Source: Camelus dromedarius (lineage: Eukaryota). From it: a DNA stretch of 64,000 bases. Location: contig NC_087436.1 of NCBI RefSeq assembly GCF_036321535.1, forward strand, positions 31,064,001 to 31,128,000, read 5' to 3'. Position numbers and translations under genes: made by a program. The notes beneath the pieces were generated by a model. It did no database searches, had not been told where the DNA came from, and was given only the letters and a program-made list of their open reading frames with translations. Positions 61,712 to 64,000 of this stretch are shown piece after piece (position 1 is the first letter of the stretch; each line of letters begins with the position of its first letter).

Positions 61712-64000
61712 ATTTTATACTACTTCACAAACAGACTAACAGCCTTAAAACAGTATAATTTTAATTATCCACCCCTTGCCTTTGTGCTTCTTTTGTCTTG
61801 TACTTTACTGCTACGTACACTCTAAACCCCACACTACTTTATTATTATTTTTCCTTTAAACAGTTAAAAATGAGCCCACATGTGGTCATTAAAAGCTGAT
61901 AAGAATTTTGACTGGTCTCTTGTTTCCTGGTCTATGGTTTATTCTTCCTCTTCTGACTGTTCTGCCAAGGATGAGTGCAGCAGTGGTTTTTGGGTTTTTT
62001 TCTTTCCTTATAAAGAACTCCTCACTACCTGGACTTAAGTTCACTGGTATTTTTGTCTCTAACGAGTTTTTAAAACCTTTATCTTGAAGCTTAACTTGCC
62101 TTCTTGGGTTGTTGGCCTGAAAATTAGATTCTTGTGATTTTGTATCTGTAGAGGTCTTTTTCTGTTAAGTCTTTTGAACTAATATTTAGACGTTTTAAAA
62201 AGGTTTTTAGAGTCAATTTGAGTTATATTTATTTTTTGAAATATTAAAATCCTGAAATATTTTCTTTGTCTCTTTTGAAATATCAAAAATATGGATTAAA
62301 GAGTTAATTCTTAAGTCTTAAAACAAATTATCACTCAAGGAACCTTAACTCTCTGCTGTCATAATAACTGCTGACACTAAATCAGGCATATAACAAATTG
62401 ATCAAAATGAACAGGTAGGTGTTTATGTTTATACCATGTTACAAAACATTATTTGGTACACATTTTGCTGAAATGTATCCTGGACAGAATAAATTGGAAA
62501 ATTAATAAAAACACTTGATCTAAGTCTGATATATTCTTAAATATAAAGTACTGCATAGTGTGTCTGTCTATAGACAATGATCACTTATGTAGAATGTAAT
62601 TTACACCAACATTAGACAACCTAAGATCTCAAGAAGCTAATTCTCTTGTGTTAATTTAAGCCAAAATAATCTCATCAACCAAATTTGTTAGCAACTTTAG
62701 GCATATGATACCGCAAACCATCTTCTCCATTTAGCATGAAAGTTAGCAAGGACTTCAGAAATCACCATGAGACATGGTGCTAAAATGATAAAATCTCTAC
62801 ACACTGACAAAAGTAATTTGTTACTTACCCCAATGAGTATGAATATATGGTAATAGTCCTACACCAATCTGACACTCTAACCATCACAAATTCTGTGCTC
62901 CATATTTTAGTCCTAGTCTCATAACTGGATATACACAAAAATATTCCTGTGGAAATTTTGTGAATATTTTTCACTATTACTAATTATTACTAATATATTC
63001 CAGAATTTGGTGGTGATTCTACTGCCCATTATGATGATTCCTCAAAGTACCTTATGATATAATTCTCTTAATGCCTAATGATATCTCATACAGTGTTCTG
63101 GAACAACTTTGCCACATTTCCTTGATAGTTACTTGCTCATTTGCTATGCTTTTTCACATATTATTTATGTACAAAAAAATATTTTGGCTGTACACTGAGA
63201 TTTTGCCTCATTTTTCCCTTCATTCCAAAGGTATCAAAAATCCTACAAATTAAAAGTTCTGGGTTCAGCTTATTAAATATTCCAGGAAATATTCCATAGA
63301 AGGAAAAAGAATTTGGAAAATGTTTTTTTTCCTTCTGCTCTGTCTTCTTACAGTTACAAGATATATGTGGAAAATTATATCTAACAGATACAAGATGTAC
63401 ATGGAAAATTAAGTTAAATACCTGTCTCTAGTCTGCTGCATGTAATACTGCAATGACTAGAAATAAGTTAAATCAGCACTGCCACGTACACCCATATATC
63501 CAAACCCTTCTCAGAGCCTCTCTTGAATGTTTCTTTTTCTTTAACAATCTCTTTAAAATTTCTATTGTGGCTAAGCTGCTGTACCTAAAAAAAACACAAT
63601 TCTATTTAATAGAAGGAGATATGTCAGATATTGATCACAAAGGATTTGGGAATTATAGTTACCTGAGGCTTACACTTTACAAAAATTTATCCTTGCATTC
63701 TTACCCTCATATCTTTAATAAAGTACTGATCAAGTTCAAGAAGAAAGCATATCATATTGTCGATACGTGTCATAGAACTGTTTTATGAACAAGGTTGGAT
63801 TCCTTTCTTGAAACATTATTTCCTGACTTATCTCAACTAGATTTTAGGTTTGAAGGGATGAGATCGTCTAATTGATGGATACTACCATGTGGTCATCATC
63901 TTTTGTAGTGGACATATTTCTCTTTTTGGCTGTTCAGTGGCCAACACCCTCTTCCCTGATCTCCTTTGGGGTATGATTGAGAAGAAATGGCCACCTCTCA

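Noticed and set aside
1..64000. Short ORFs (60-147 aa) from the six-frame track as protein-coding genes
   Set aside because: Compositionally biased (F/L/I/S/K-rich), many with non-ATG starts or inside repeats, with no recognisable domains and no consistent exon chain; expected by chance in AT-rich mammalian DNA
1..64000. CpG island or core promoter, NUMT, processed pseudogene or full-length ERV
   Set aside because: No CpG-dense segment, no mitochondrial or mRNA-like sequence recognised, and all LTRs are solo without identifiable gag/pol/env

Overview
AT-rich, CpG-depleted mammalian genomic DNA, not prokaryotic. Two tRNA-Ala(AGC)-derived vic-1-type SINEs and cetartiodactyl-type L1 3' ends point to a camelid (camel, llama or alpaca); I saw no Alu, BovB/Bov-tA, PRE-1 or Can-SINE. 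I found no recognisable protein-coding exon, functional RNA gene, CpG island or CRISPR array, so the window reads as a deep intron or gene desert. It is a mosaic of old eutherian repeats (MIR, L2, L1M, MaLR/ERVL/ERV1 solo LTRs, MADE2, MER91A), several of them nested, separated by repeat-poor blocks that look like regulatory or conserved non-coding sequence. The ORF track is noise except for an L1 ORF2 C-terminal remnant (46851-47102) and a possible RTE-clade endonuclease remnant (32482-32718). I did not find a defensible novel biological system. The best leads are a twin-hairpin block near 2.1-2.3 kb, the RTE-like fossil, a cleanly bounded minus-strand exon candidate (18439-18540), RFX X-box motifs and young TSD-flanked insertions. 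Repeat subfamily names come from recalled consensus sequences, and boundaries of old repeats are approximate.
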